DNA of 64,000 nt from a virus (taxonomy: Duplodnaviria > Caudoviricetes): positions 68,886 through 132,885 of IMG/VR virus record IMGVR_UViG_2974778606_000001. One strand, 5' to 3'. The first letter of the stretch is position 1; each line of letters starts with the position of its first letter. Under the pieces are notes generated by a model, which ran no database searches, was not told where the DNA came from, and was given only the letters and a program-made list of their open reading frames with translations. Positions 19,141 through 28,804 of this stretch are shown in pieces. Made by a program: the position numbers and the translations under genes.

Positions 19141-19627
19141 TTGTAAAAGAGACAAGGCAGAGAGCGAGTTTTACAAGACCTCCAAAACTGGAGGTCTTCG
19201 CTCTTACTGCAAGGAATGTAGTAAGGTACGTAGTAGAAAATACCTGAAAGAAAACCCGGAACGAGAAAAACAGCATCAGCAAACCTATAGAGATAAGCAC
19301 AGAGAACAACTCAATGCATGGTTTGTTGAGTGGAGAAGGAAAAACAATTCAAGAGCTAAAGAAATTTCTGCAAAGGCGAGGGCCAAAAGAAAGGAAGCTC
19401 TAGGAGATTTTGAACTTCCTGTTGGGTTCTGGGACGTACTGCTTGACTTCTACGAGGGAGCTTGCCTCTCATGTGGAACTGATGGTAAGCTAGAGCTAGA
19501 CCACGTTGTTCCACTAGCAAAAGGTGGGACTCATTCCGTAGACAACTTTCAGATTCTTTGTCGCTCATGTAATGCTAGGAAGGCTACAAAGTCTACTGAT
19601 TACAGGAAGGGAAGAATCTTCAAGTGA
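19109..19627 (+). CDS. HNH endonuclease
   Basis: CLSCG..LELDHVVPLAKGG.H...N.Q.LC..CN. Confidence 0.85.
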   Translation: MTRGTMKKCSDCKRDKAESEFYKTSKTGGLRSYCKECSKVRSRKYLKENPEREKQHQQTYRDKHREQLNAWFVEWRRKNNSRAKEISAKARAKRKEALGDFELPVGFWDVLLDFYEGACLSCGTDGKLELDHVVPLAKGGTHSVDNFQILCRSCNARKATKSTDYRKGRIFK

Positions 19628-20108
19628 GTACGATGAAGTGCCTGGGCTGTAAGAAAGAAAAGCCCAGAAGTGATTTTGGAACGACCGGTACGGCGAAGGG
19701 CTTGTGCAAGTCCTGTCGCTCTGGTAGAGTGAGTAGCACAGGCAAGGGAAAGAGGTCAGGAAGCTGGCTCGATGGCGTTGGAGATGCTATCGGTGACTTC
19801 ATCGAGGCGATTCTACCTTGACTAGAACTCAACTACTTGCTATCCTAGACAGGAAGGCAAAGCTAGCGAAGAGAAACATGTCAGCCGCTAATCAGCGAGA
19901 TGACCGAGTTGAGACTCGTGCATATGCTGTTGAGCTGACTGAGACAAATGCATTCATTCAGGCACTGAAAAGACTCAAGAGCCTAGATTAGGAAGTAATG
20001 TATATTTACTACAAGTCCAGGGAACTGGCTTCTAAGTTGGGATGGTTCTTTCTCGGAAAGTACCGTGAGCTGAAGATGCGAAACATGTAAAATGCCCGAA
20101 AGGGCTAT

Positions 20109-20185
20109 TCCCACGATACACCTGTGTGGCTCGGTGTAGCAGACTGTTAATCTGCCGGTCGTTGGTTCGACTCCAACCGTGGGAG
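20109..20185 (+). tRNA. tRNA-Asn(GTT)
   Basis: GCAGA-CTGTTAA-TCTGC. Confidence 0.85.
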
Positions 20186-20528
20186 CTGGCCGCCAAAGCT
20201 TAGGGAGATAGCTACCCTAGGCAAGGATAAACCGGATGATAGCTTGTGATATTCTAGACAGGTCATAAGTGAAGACAAGGTGGAAACCCAGAGGCAAACT
20301 GGGGCACGGCCAACCACTTATAGCTTTACTAACAGCACGTAGATTGTCTGTGTACCTTTGGTTTTACGGCTTTTTAAATCTTAGGAGCAGGCATGAAGAA
20401 GGGTTTAGCGGCCCTACCCAATCAAGAGGAAGCCGTTGAGATTGGTCGTGCTAGAGTAAATAAGCGGCTGTTGGGACCGCTTCAAGCAAGAGACACCGCT
20501 CAAAGGTGGAGTGCTGCATCCCTTCCTA

Positions 20529-20600
20529 TGGCCTATAGCTTAACGGCAGAGCGATTGACTGTTAATCAATTAGGTGCTGGTTCGAATCCAGCTAGGTCAG
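20529..20600 (+). tRNA. tRNA-Asn(GTT)
   Basis: ATTGA-CTGTTAA-TCAAT. Confidence 0.9.
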
Positions 20601-20850
20601 CTCGCACAGAGATTGTATCAACGTGCTCTCGTCAGACCCCGGCACTAGTCGGGGTTTTTGGCGTATGGTATCCTTGCATAGAAGGAGGATACTATGATAA
20701 AGTTCGTTTCCGGACTGAAGCCCGGTGATGTTACAGGGTTTGGCACTGTTGTTGCCTCGCAACGAGGTCTTGACGGCAGAACCTACACCTTGGTACTATC
20801 AGAGGGTAGAGAAGTTCAACTCAACCGATTCAGACTAGTTAGGACTAGAC

Positions 20851-21213
20851 GTGAGTTTTAAGGAAACCATCAGGGCCAAGGGTTCCGAGTACGCCAAGAA
20901 GGGCGTCAAGGCTGCTGGTTCTGGTGCAAAGAGCGTTGCTCTTTCCGGCATCATGGCGAGCGGTAAGGGAATCAAGGCTGGCTGGGAGCTTGGCAAGAAC
21001 TATGCTCAGACAAAGAAGTATGCTGACCTCAAGGTTGGCGACTTCATTGAGCAGGGCCAGGTCGTGCAGAACATGCAGAATTTTTCAGACCGTAGGATGC
21101 GTGAAATCACTGTGACTGGTGAGCATACCGAAACCCTTACCGTAAAGGGTGGAGACCGAGTAAAGGTCATCACTGCTGTTCAGTGTGGTAAGCTTGCTGT
21201 AGACTTCGAGTAA
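20851..21213 (+). CDS. Hypothetical protein
   Basis: 120-aa ORF followed by a cTTCGg hairpin. Confidence 0.7.
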   Translation: MSFKETIRAKGSEYAKKGVKAAGSGAKSVALSGIMASGKGIKAGWELGKNYAQTKKYADLKVGDFIEQGQVVQNMQNFSDRRMREITVTGEHTETLTVKGGDRVKVITAVQCGKLAVDFE

Positions 21214-21234
21214 TCGAAGGGCCTTCGGGCCAAT

Positions 21235-21306
21235 GTCCCTATAGTTTAGAGGATAGAACGTCACTCTCCTAAAGTGAAGACGCAGGTTCGAGTCCTGCTG
21301 GGGATA
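21235..21306 (+). tRNA. tRNA-Arg(CCT)
   Basis: TCACT-CTCCTAA-AGTGA. Confidence 0.9.
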
Positions 21307-21307
21307 C

Positions 21308-21556
21308 ATGGACGATAAAGTATATCTAGTTTTTCAATGGACAGACAACGATGACCCCGATTACGAAACGGATATCGAATATCTGGGGGTCGCAATGTCA
21401 GAGAAGCGAGCGAAGGAAGTCATCGACGCCTTTAATCCTGGTCCTGATTGGGAAAAGAATGGCGAATATGAATGGCGCTGGACCGAAAAGCAGTCCAATG
21501 GCTGGACACGTTGGGCCGAGACTGGTGTGACATACACCCCTCTTGACATCCTGTGA
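21308..21556 (+). CDS. Hypothetical protein starting 2 nt after tRNA-Arg
   Basis: 82-aa ORF. Confidence 0.7.
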   Translation: MDDKVYLVFQWTDNDDPDYETDIEYLGVAMSEKRAKEVIDAFNPGPDWEKNGEYEWRWTEKQSNGWTRWAETGVTYTPLDIL

Positions 21557-21810
21557 GTTGACAAGAGGCCCAGCGCAGAGTAGAGTAGTCAACAGATGGA
21601 CACCTCCTAGTGTCTAGAGTACACATCAATAGGAGGAAAAATGAAGGTATGGCTCATCGTTGACGGTTGCGGATGCGGCTGGTACGATGGAGAAGTAATC
21701 AAGGGCGCTTACACTTCTGAGAAGAAGGCAAAGGAAGCACTTGATAACATTGAAGATGGCTACTACCTTGACATCAAGGAGCTGGTAGTCGAATAAAGCC
21801 GAAAGGCTAT

Positions 21811-21883
21811 GGGGATGTAGCTCAATTGGAAGAGCAGTTCAATGGCATTGAACAGGTTGTGGGTTCGAATCCCATCTTCTCCA
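21811..21883 (+). tRNA. tRNA-Ala(GGC)
   Basis: G3.U70; GTTCA-ATGGCAT-TGAAC. Confidence 0.85.
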
Positions 21884-22054
21884 CGCAGTTTTATCAGTTT
21901 CTGGCACAACATGAAACTGAACGAGGCAGGTTCTAGCAGACCTAATTGGTAGCAAGGTGTAGCCCGTACACCCCTTGCAGCGTACAGACCACATGTGCTA
22001 GCATGGTACGTATATTAGGGAATGTGCGGCTGGTCCCCAATCATTCCCAACCAA

Positions 22055-22127
22055 GCTCCGGTAGCTCAGTTGGTAGAGCAGGCGGCTCTTAACCGTCGTG
22101 TCGCTGGTTCAAGTCCAGTTCGGAGTA
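22055..22127 (+). tRNA. tRNA-Lys(CTT)
   Basis: GGCGG-CTCTTAA-CCGTC. Confidence 0.9.
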
Positions 22128-22254
22128 CAAAACGAGGTTGCAAACTCGTTCAATCATGTTGGGGTTCGATTCCCTCTGGTGAAACAACATGGTGTAATTG
22201 AGAGGAAAAGGCGGGGGCACATAATAAAGCCCTGCTGTCTAGCCACTCTTTTAT

Positions 22255-22329
22255 GGTCCGGTCGCACAGTCTGGTAGTGCAATTGACTTTTAATCTTTGA
22301 GGACGTGGGTTCGAATCCCACCCGGACCA
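22255..22329 (+). tRNA. tRNA-Lys(TTT)
   Basis: Loop CTTTTAA; weak anticodon stem; strong acceptor and T arms. Confidence 0.8.
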
Positions 22330-22330
22330 C

Positions 22331-22489
22331 ATGGGTAATAAGGTATGGAATAAGGGTGATAAGGTCATCCGAAACAATAACACTGATGCTGGTACTGTTG
22401 AGAAGCAAGACGGCCGGTGGGTGATAGTTACCCTTGACACTGGTGGCCAGAAGCGTCTTGGTGCCAACGATTTGAAGCGAAGGCGTTGA
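22331..22489 (+). CDS. Small SH3/KOW-like protein (52 aa)
   Basis: MGNKVWNKGDKV...GTVEK; overlaps next gene (TGATG). Confidence 0.6.
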   Translation: MGNKVWNKGDKVIRNNNTDAGTVEKQDGRWVIVTLDTGGQKRLGANDLKRRR

Positions 22490-22641
22490 TGGCATTCAAA
22501 GTACATGATAAGGTAAAAGTAGTCAGTGGTCCTCACGCTGGCAAGACTGGTAAGGTCTTGGCAGTCACAGGAAAGACCTGTACAGTGAAGACAAAGGAAG
22601 GTACTTATCACATCCATGAGAACGACCTCAGAGGGAACTGA
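22489..22641 (+). CDS. KOW-motif protein (50 aa)
   Basis: FKVHDKVKVVSGPHAGKTGKV. Confidence 0.75.
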   Translation: MAFKVHDKVKVVSGPHAGKTGKVLAVTGKTCTVKTKEGTYHIHENDLRGN

Positions 22642-22649
22642 GGTTTTAT

Positions 22650-22722
22650 CTCCTCTTAGCTCAATGGATAGAGCGACAGGCTTCGAACCTGTGCGTAGGG
22701 AGTTCGATTCTCTCAGGGGAGG
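22650..22722 (+). tRNA. tRNA-Arg(TCG)
   Basis: ACAGG-CTTCGAA-CCTGT. Confidence 0.9.
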
Positions 22723-22780
22723 CTTGACATAGCCAACATGGCATGTCAGACTAAAGGCAGGCAGACGGACAAGGAGAACA

Positions 22781-23146
22781 GTGGTTCAAGGTCCATGCAT
22801 TCTGTGGACCGGCAATACTATTGAAACACATGGCAATACCTACGGGATTTTGCCCGGTAAGAAGATAGTCCTTGCCCACAGAGTTGCTTATGAGAAGAAG
22901 CATGGGAAGATTCCTGACGGTCTAGTAATTGACCACTTGTGCAGGAACGGACTGTGTGTTAACGTTAAGCATCTAGAGGCAGTCACCAATGTAGAAAATG
23001 TAATGCGTGGTGAAGGTGCTCCAGCAAAGAATGCTAGAAAGACTCATTGTCTGAGGGGCCACGCGCTTACTCCAGACAATATTTACAATCGCAGAAACGG
23101 TCGAAGAGACTGTAAACTCTGCAACAAAATAAGGCGTGACAAGTAA
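22781..23146 (+). CDS. HNH homing-type endonuclease
   Basis: AHRVAY..G.IP.GL.IDHLCRN..CVN..HLE.VT..EN. Confidence 0.85.
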   Translation: MVQGPCILWTGNTIETHGNTYGILPGKKIVLAHRVAYEKKHGKIPDGLVIDHLCRNGLCVNVKHLEAVTNVENVMRGEGAPAKNARKTHCLRGHALTPDNIYNRRNGRRDCKLCNKIRRDK

Positions 23147-23356
23147 GCGGTCGGACAAGGCTATGGAGTGTGAGAGTAGTTCAAGCGGTGGTAACTTAAA
23201 TGCCCACTTAATGATGCTCAACAAAACTGTGGGATGCGAGTGGACCAGCCTTACTTGACACAAGCGGGGAACATGAGTATGCTAACCTCTAAGAGGAACG
23301 ACGACTACAAGTTCCCCGCTTTTCAATAAACAAATCTAGTAACTAGGAGTTACATA

Positions 23357-24145
23357 ATGAGTTTTCTGCGTAAGATGAAGAACTTCACGCCTGCCGCTCA
23401 CCTGTCTCCCAAGAAGACAGTTGCGCTGACGCGAATCAATTCTGGTCAGCCTGCTGCAAACGTGAGTCTCATCAAGCAGAACGGCGTCTCCTTCGAGAAG
23501 AAGGTTGCTAGCGCTGTGTCTCTTCAGAAGAGCATGGGCGTTGAGAATCGATTTGATGTCATTGCTCTGATTGACGAGTCTGGCTCAATGGGCGGACTTT
23601 TCCGCGATGGAACTGTTCAGTCTCTTGCAGAGCGTGCTCTAGCATGGACAGCCGGTGTGGATGCGGATGGCATGGCCCCTGTTGGTGGCTTTGCTTCTGG
23701 CTTCAAGTGGCACGGAGAAATCAGTCTGTCCAACGTTATGGGATGCGCTGCAAATTGGCGTACCTGGGGCAGCACTGACCTGACTGCTGGCCTGAAGGCG
23801 GCTCTGGAAGTTGCAAAGGGTGCTGACAATCCTGTCTACCTCTTTGTTATCACTGATGGCTCTCCTGATGACCGAGGCTCTGCCGTTAAGCTTATCAAGG
23901 AGATGTCTCAGTATCCTATCTTCATCAAGTTCTTGCTAGTTGGGAATGACCGATGGGGCAAGGAGTTCCTTGAGTACGTGGACGACCTTGAGCAGCACGA
24001 GCCTGGTGGTCGACTGTTTGACAACGTCGACACTCAGCACATCGTGAACGTCTCTCGCGTCAGCGACGACGATTTCAACAAGGCGATGACTGAGGAAGTT
24101 GCATCATCCGTTGCTGCAATGAAGCAGGTTGGCCTGGTTCGTTGA
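23357..24145 (+). CDS. vWA domain protein (TerF-associated type)
   Basis: DESGSM..LF.DGTVQ.LAER, FVITDG, PIF.KF..VG, DN. Confidence 0.8.
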   Translation: MSFLRKMKNFTPAAHLSPKKTVALTRINSGQPAANVSLIKQNGVSFEKKVASAVSLQKSMGVENRFDVIALIDESGSMGGLFRDGTVQSLAERALAWTAGVDADGMAPVGGFASGFKWHGEISLSNVMGCAANWRTWGSTDLTAGLKAALEVAKGADNPVYLFVITDGSPDDRGSAVKLIKEMSQYPIFIKFLLVGNDRWGKEFLEYVDDLEQHEPGGRLFDNVDTQHIVNVSRVSDDDFNKAMTEEVASSVAAMKQVGLVR

Positions 24146-24378
24146 GTTGACACAACTCACTACATGATGTAGAGTAGTACTCATAACCAGCTCAAGCTTG
24201 GCCGAAAGGCCCGGCGGCGTTCAGGGAAGCTGGGATGTGTGATAGAGTGAACGTACTCACACAAAGGCCACAGTAGAAAGTCCCCGAACTGGTCTTGACA
24301 CATTGCAGGGCAAGCGCTACAGTCGAAGAGGTGGAGCGAAAGCAGAGAAGCCGATGACTCGACCAAAAGCGCTTATAT

Positions 24379-24448
24379 GGCAGCAGGGCGCTGGTGTGCC
24401 AATAGCTCTCATAAGGCTAAGGGGAAGGTTCGAAACCTTCTGTTGCTA
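24379..24448 (+). tRNA. tRNA with CAT anticodon (Met or Ile2)
   Basis: TAGCT-CTCATAA-GGCTA. Confidence 0.75.
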
Positions 24449-24451
24449 CAA

Positions 24452-24520
24452 AGCGGATTAGTGAAACGGTATCACGCGAGGCTCATAATCTCGTATTCCT
24501 GTTCGAATCAGGGTCCGCCC
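24452..24520 (+). tRNA. tRNA-Met(CAT), initiator-like 1:72 mismatch
   Basis: CGAGG-CTCATAA-TCTCG. Confidence 0.75.
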
Positions 24521-24905
24521 CCACTTATAATAAGCAGTACAACCAACAAGGAGAATAAAATGCCTGGTCCCCTCTCTACCCCGAACGCTTCCAAGCCGAT
24601 GACGCAGAAGGAGCTTCGCGAGCGGGTTGAGAACCTGATGCGCGGTAAGGTCCCTACGACTGGCAAGACTGCCAAGGTTAAGGGCCACTGACCTCAAGGA
24701 GGTTAAATGGCTGACAAGTACCGAATCAAGGAACATCTCGAAACGGTATACGATAAGGACAAGGTTCAAGAGAGAATCGATGCTCTGCAAAGCATAGTTG
24801 ACAACCGCAAGCGCGGTGGTAAGATTATCGCAGAGCACAAGCAGACGGGACGGAAGCACCAGTGGCTTCTATGGTACGTCAAGCAGTGAGGCCCTTCGGG
24901 GTCAA

Positions 24906-24987
24906 GCATGAGCGGCGAAGTTGGAGAGTCGCGGTGGTCTGTAAAACCATTTCTTCGGGTGAGTCAGTTCGAATCTGGCCTCATGCA
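24906..24987 (+). tRNA. tRNA-Tyr(GTA)
   Basis: GTGGT-CTGTAAA-ACCAT, long variable arm. Confidence 0.9.
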
Positions 24988-25176
24988 CGCAACAGGCAAA
25001 GTCATACCTTAACTAGCTAGGGGTCCTGGAGAAAAGTGACTGGCTGAGCGGGAAGCGATTCCCCTTCTGGGCTGACAACCGCGACTGTCAATCCGTGCGC
25101 GGCACACGGAAAAGCTATCGAGTTTACCCATCAGGGCGACGGTCCAAAATGCGTAATCAGATAGCATGCCCCATCT

Positions 25177-25248
25177 GCATGTAAGCCAGGGATAAGCTAG
25201 GCGGGCCTGTAAAGCCCTACCTCGATGGTTCGAATCCGTCTACATGCA
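25177..25248 (+). tRNA. tRNA-Tyr(GTA), short variable loop
   Basis: GGGC-CTGTAAA-GCCC. Confidence 0.8.
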
Positions 25249-25251
25249 CTT

Positions 25252-25333
25252 GCAGGTGATAGGCCAATGGATGGCTCAAACGCTTAAGCGTGGATATCTG
25301 AGAAAGCACGGTTCGATTCCGGCATCATCTGCT
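25252..25333 (+). ncRNA. tRNA-like RNA with 9-bp acceptor and no canonical anticodon loop
   Basis: GCAGGTGAT/ATCATCTGC, D arm, TTCGATT T loop. Confidence 0.55.
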
Positions 25334-25336
25334 CTT

Positions 25337-25408
25337 GGTGGCTATAGCATAAAAGTAATGTTCAAGGCTGTGAACCTTGAGAAGAGGGGGCGGTACCCTC
25401 TAGTCACC
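25337..25408 (+). tRNA. tRNA-His(GTG), G-1:C73, odd T loop
   Basis: CAAGG-CTGTGAA-CCTTG. Confidence 0.8.
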
Positions 25409-25519
25409 CTTTGCAGGCTAGAATCTACTCTATGGTTAGACTAAGGTAGACTATGAAAAGGAGTCGTACGCTCCTAGCACCCCTCTCCAGTAGGTGTCTG
25501 CAAGAACTGGAAAACTTAA

Positions 25520-25606
25520 GCTGCCGTAGCTCAAGCACCTGCCTATAAGCGGGAAAGAGCGTCTATTCGTGGAGAATAGAAGATGCTGAATTAACGGCCG
25601 GTGGCG
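25520..25606 (+). ncRNA. tRNA-like RNA with a hairpin inserted in the D loop
   Basis: GCTGCCG/CGGTGGC acceptor, TA-GCTC..GAGC D stem. Confidence 0.5.
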
Positions 25607-25609
25607 CAT

Positions 25610-25685
25610 GGGGTTGGTAGCTCAATTGGACAAGAGCGCTGCGTTGTGGTCGCAGTGGTTGCGGGTTCGAGTCCCGTCCTTCCCA
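25610..25685 (+). tRNA. tRNA-His(GTG)
   Basis: CTGCG-TTGTGGT-CGCAG; two T.T mismatches in acceptor. Confidence 0.8.
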
Positions 25686-25686
25686 C

Positions 25687-26016
25687 ATGAATAGAATGAG
25701 AAAGGCGGTCGGTGTTGCTAGCCTTCTTCTCGTTCTTGTTGGATGCGGTAGCGATAACAAGGATAGTCTTACAACTAGAGACAAAGCGTATGTAAATACT
25801 CTGAGAGAAGAAATCACTGGCGTCAAAGATATGAGCGACACCAAGCTAGTAGCCCTAGGCAGAGAAGCTTGTGCAAGCTCAGACAATGGTGATAACTTCA
25901 ATGAGACCGTTCGCAAAGTAAGCAACTATGGTTTGACAGAAAGTGATTCTGCTTATCTGACAGGAGCTGCATTCGCTGCTTATTGTCCAAGCAACGTCCC
26001 AAAAATCGGAAGCTGA
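25687..26016 (+). CDS. DUF732-like lipoprotein
   Basis: Lipobox LVGC; D.AY...L, LG.EAC, AA.AAYCP. Confidence 0.75.
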   Translation: MNRMRKAVGVASLLLVLVGCGSDNKDSLTTRDKAYVNTLREEITGVKDMSDTKLVALGREACASSDNGDNFNETVRKVSNYGLTESDSAYLTGAAFAAYCPSNVPKIGS

Positions 26017-26276
26017 CATGATGCAAATAGACATTAGATATTCATTTGGCAATGGCCCCTACACTGTAGGTGGAGAGATTGACAACATCCCATTTGAAAT
26101 GACATATTTCTATGGGGAAGCATATCTGATTGTCTTGACAGAGGATTTCGTTCTTCGAACTGGATGCATGTACAATCCGATTGCTGGCAAGCTGGACAAC
26201 ATTATGACAGGTCAGTTGATATTCAATCTGGCCAGGCAGCTTGACAGCGAGCTGTAAGTAATGTAATGTAGTTAAT

Positions 26277-26350
26277 GAGGTAGAAGCAGCGGGTGCTGCC
26301 GACAGTCTGCAAAACTGTTTGTATTTGGAGTTCGACTCTCCTCTATCTCT
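26277..26350 (+). tRNA. tRNA-Cys(GCA)
   Basis: ACAGT-CTGCAAA-ACTGT, U73. Confidence 0.85.
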
Positions 26351-26367
26351 CTGGTATAATTACCAAT

Positions 26368-26442
26368 GCCACGTTAGCTCATTTGGTGTAGAGCGACGCT
26401 CTTGTAAAGCGTAGGTGGTCGGTTCGAAACCGACACGTGGCT
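26368..26442 (+). tRNA. tRNA-Thr(TGT)
   Basis: ACGCT-CTTGTAA-AGCGT. Confidence 0.9.
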
Positions 26443-26535
26443 CAATGAGGCGTCATGCTGGGGAGAATGCAACCGAACTAGCCTCTGGCAAATCAGGACG
26501 GTCTAGTAGCTAGTTGCAGGCGAACGGCCTTTAAT

Positions 26536-26607
26536 GCCCCCATAGTGCTAGTGGTAACACATATCCTTGGTACGGATATATCGTCAGTTCGATTCTGACT
26601 GGGGGAT
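26536..26607 (+). tRNA. tRNA-Thr(GGT)
   Basis: TATCC-TTGGTAC-GGATA. Confidence 0.85.
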
Positions 26608-27167
26608 TCGAAATAAACCGAAAGGTGTGTTTTAATGAGTACTCTAGGACTCAGGCTAAAGGCGCTATTCCTTAAGGCCAAGCCTTACCTTCCACTAGCT
26701 CTTGTCTGGTGGAAAAATCGTAAGAGGAAGTAATGCCAACAATAAATTACCAAGGGCGCAATGGTGAACTAACCATTGAGTCAGAATCTCATTCGGTTTA
26801 CGGATATGAAACTTCGTGGGATAAGAATTGGAAAATTAAGGACAGCGCAGGGCATTGGCATTTCTATGGTTCTGATGATGACCCGTTTCCAACTCTTTAC
26901 AGTAAGCCGTGGAAGGTTTATGACGAAGACAATCCCGACGATGAATGGGAAGAGACAAAGTATTTCTGCAAAGAATGTCATGTAGAGGTCACTCCAAAGC
27001 AAACAAGACAACAGGTTTTCAAGGAAATCAAGGGTGACACTCGTTACATTTTGACTCGTGAAGTGTCAGAAGAAGAGGCAATGGCATGGCTTCAAGAGCA
27101 ACAAATAGGGTAATTCGACGGAAGCGACGAATTATTAAATGACCGTCCACTTCGGTGCCCTATTTAT

Positions 27168-27239
27168 CTCTCCATAGGCTAACGGATAAACCGTAGGACT
27201 ACGAATCCTAAATTGAAGGTTCGAATCCTTCTGGAGAGG
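27168..27239 (+). tRNA. tRNA-Arg(ACG)
   Basis: TAGGA-CTACGAA-TCCTA. Confidence 0.9.
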
Positions 27240-27519
27240 CTGGCCCAAGTCAATATGACTTGGGCCTTAATTCATGTTAGGGAATGATTAACATGCACGA
27301 AATCAACCGGTGGGAAGGTGAAGGCGGACTAGTGTACGACCTGACTCATAGAGAAAAGCTCATGAGAATGCTTCGTCAAGCCGGTATTCGTTTTGAAGAA
27401 GATACATTTGGAGAGGAAGGAACAGGCAACGACATCACTGTTTATCCAAGCAACGAGGAGAGAGTCTACTTTTCTTTCACTTCTGATGGATTCCTCAGTG
27501 GTATCGACGCCTTTTACTC

Positions 27520-28077
27520 ATGAAGATATTTTACGATACAGAATTTTTTGAGTGCGGACCCAAGCAGCCCATCAGGTTCATCAGTCTTGGCGCGGTACGT
27601 GATGATGGTAACGAGCTGTACCTCATCACCAACAACCTCTATACGCTCAACAGAGCAAATCAGAATCCATGGCTGGCGGAGAACGTCATCAAGCATTTGC
27701 CGGTAAAGCAGAAGGACGATGGAAGGCTTGCTTGGGACACTCAGCACGCTGACTATCATCGAGTTCTGCCGAACGAGGTGATTGCTGGACTATGGAGAGA
27801 CTTTGTGGTGGACTATGACCACGAGTCAGAGTTTGACAAGCCTGAGCTGTGGGCATACTATGGAGCCTATGACCACGTAGTCATCAGTCAGCTCTTTGGC
27901 AAGATGATTGACTTGCCAGATGGCCATCCGATATATACGATGGACATTAAGCAACGATGGCACAACGAAGGCCAGCCTGGTCTGCCCGAGCAAGAAGCCA
28001 ATGCTCACAGAGCACTTGACGACGCCCGGTGGAACAAGCTAGCATATGAGTATCTTGATGAGTACGCCAACAGGTGA
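27520..28077 (+). CDS. DEDDh 3'-5' exoribonuclease (Rv2179c/RNase AS-like)
   Basis: FYDTEF, ISLG.V, AYYGAYDHV...QLFG.M, HRALDDA.WN. Confidence 0.85.
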   Translation: MKIFYDTEFFECGPKQPIRFISLGAVRDDGNELYLITNNLYTLNRANQNPWLAENVIKHLPVKQKDDGRLAWDTQHADYHRVLPNEVIAGLWRDFVVDYDHESEFDKPELWAYYGAYDHVVISQLFGKMIDLPDGHPIYTMDIKQRWHNEGQPGLPEQEANAHRALDDARWNKLAYEYLDEYANR

Positions 28078-28086
28078 CTCATCTAT

Positions 28087-28354
28087 GGGAGTGACCAGGT
28101 TTCGACTGGTGTGGATGATTGTAGTTTGCAGCCTGACATTGAGGAGATGTCATTAAAAAGCCTCAACCCTATAAATGCCAACTCTAAGTTCGCATTCGCT
28201 CTTGCTGCCTGACGGTAGCTGAGCGGGGCTAGTGGAGCGGCCTGGCAACAGAAGGCTCCACCCACAAACTTTCTCGCAACACCCCTTGACACATGGCTGT
28301 GTATAGACTACTGTTTGAAGCGTCAGGACGGGGGTTCGATTCCCCCCACTTCCA
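28087..28354 (+). ncRNA. ssrA: tmRNA, tag (A)ANSKFAFALAA encoded at 28177-28212
   Basis: GGGAGTGA..GGTTTCGAC 5' end, G3.U70, GGAC-GGGGGTTCGATTCCCCC 3' end, ATAAAT before the GCC resume codon, LAA-stop. Confidence 0.95.
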
Positions 28355-28673
28355 CTGGAGGAATAATGCCTAAATGGATGAGGCTCAAGTCAACTGGTGA
28401 TTATCCGTTTCATCAGCGAGTTCTCTCGTCATATGAGAATGGTTTCGATGAGGGCCCGGTGGCTAAGTTTACCGCCTTCGTCATTGCTGTTATCGTCATA
28501 GTACTGGGAATGGTAGTCTTTATCATCCCACTACTCATCTGGTTTGCAATCAGGGACGGAGTGAAGAAGCTCTTTGGACTACGAAACGCTGATGACAAAG
28601 TGGATGGAAGCAATCCGCAGGATTAAGCAAGGTTGACACAAGACAAGACATCGAGTACAGTTGTACGATATGT

Positions 28674-28786
28674 GAGCCTACCGACCTATTAAGAGGAGAT
28701 TCGTTTCCTCGAAAAGAAAGAAAGCTCAAGAACAACTGAATAGGACAAAATTAGGATTCCCGACGAATACCTAGTTGCGTAGGCTC
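28674..28786 (+). promoter_or_regulatory. Structured 5' leader of the NlpC/P60 gene
   Basis: GAGCCTAC/GTAGGCTC closing stem with nested CCTATT/AATAGG and GAGGA/TCCTC, between the promoter at 28633 and the RBS. Confidence 0.5.
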
Positions 28787-28804
28787 CACTAACATTGGAG
28801 TTAT

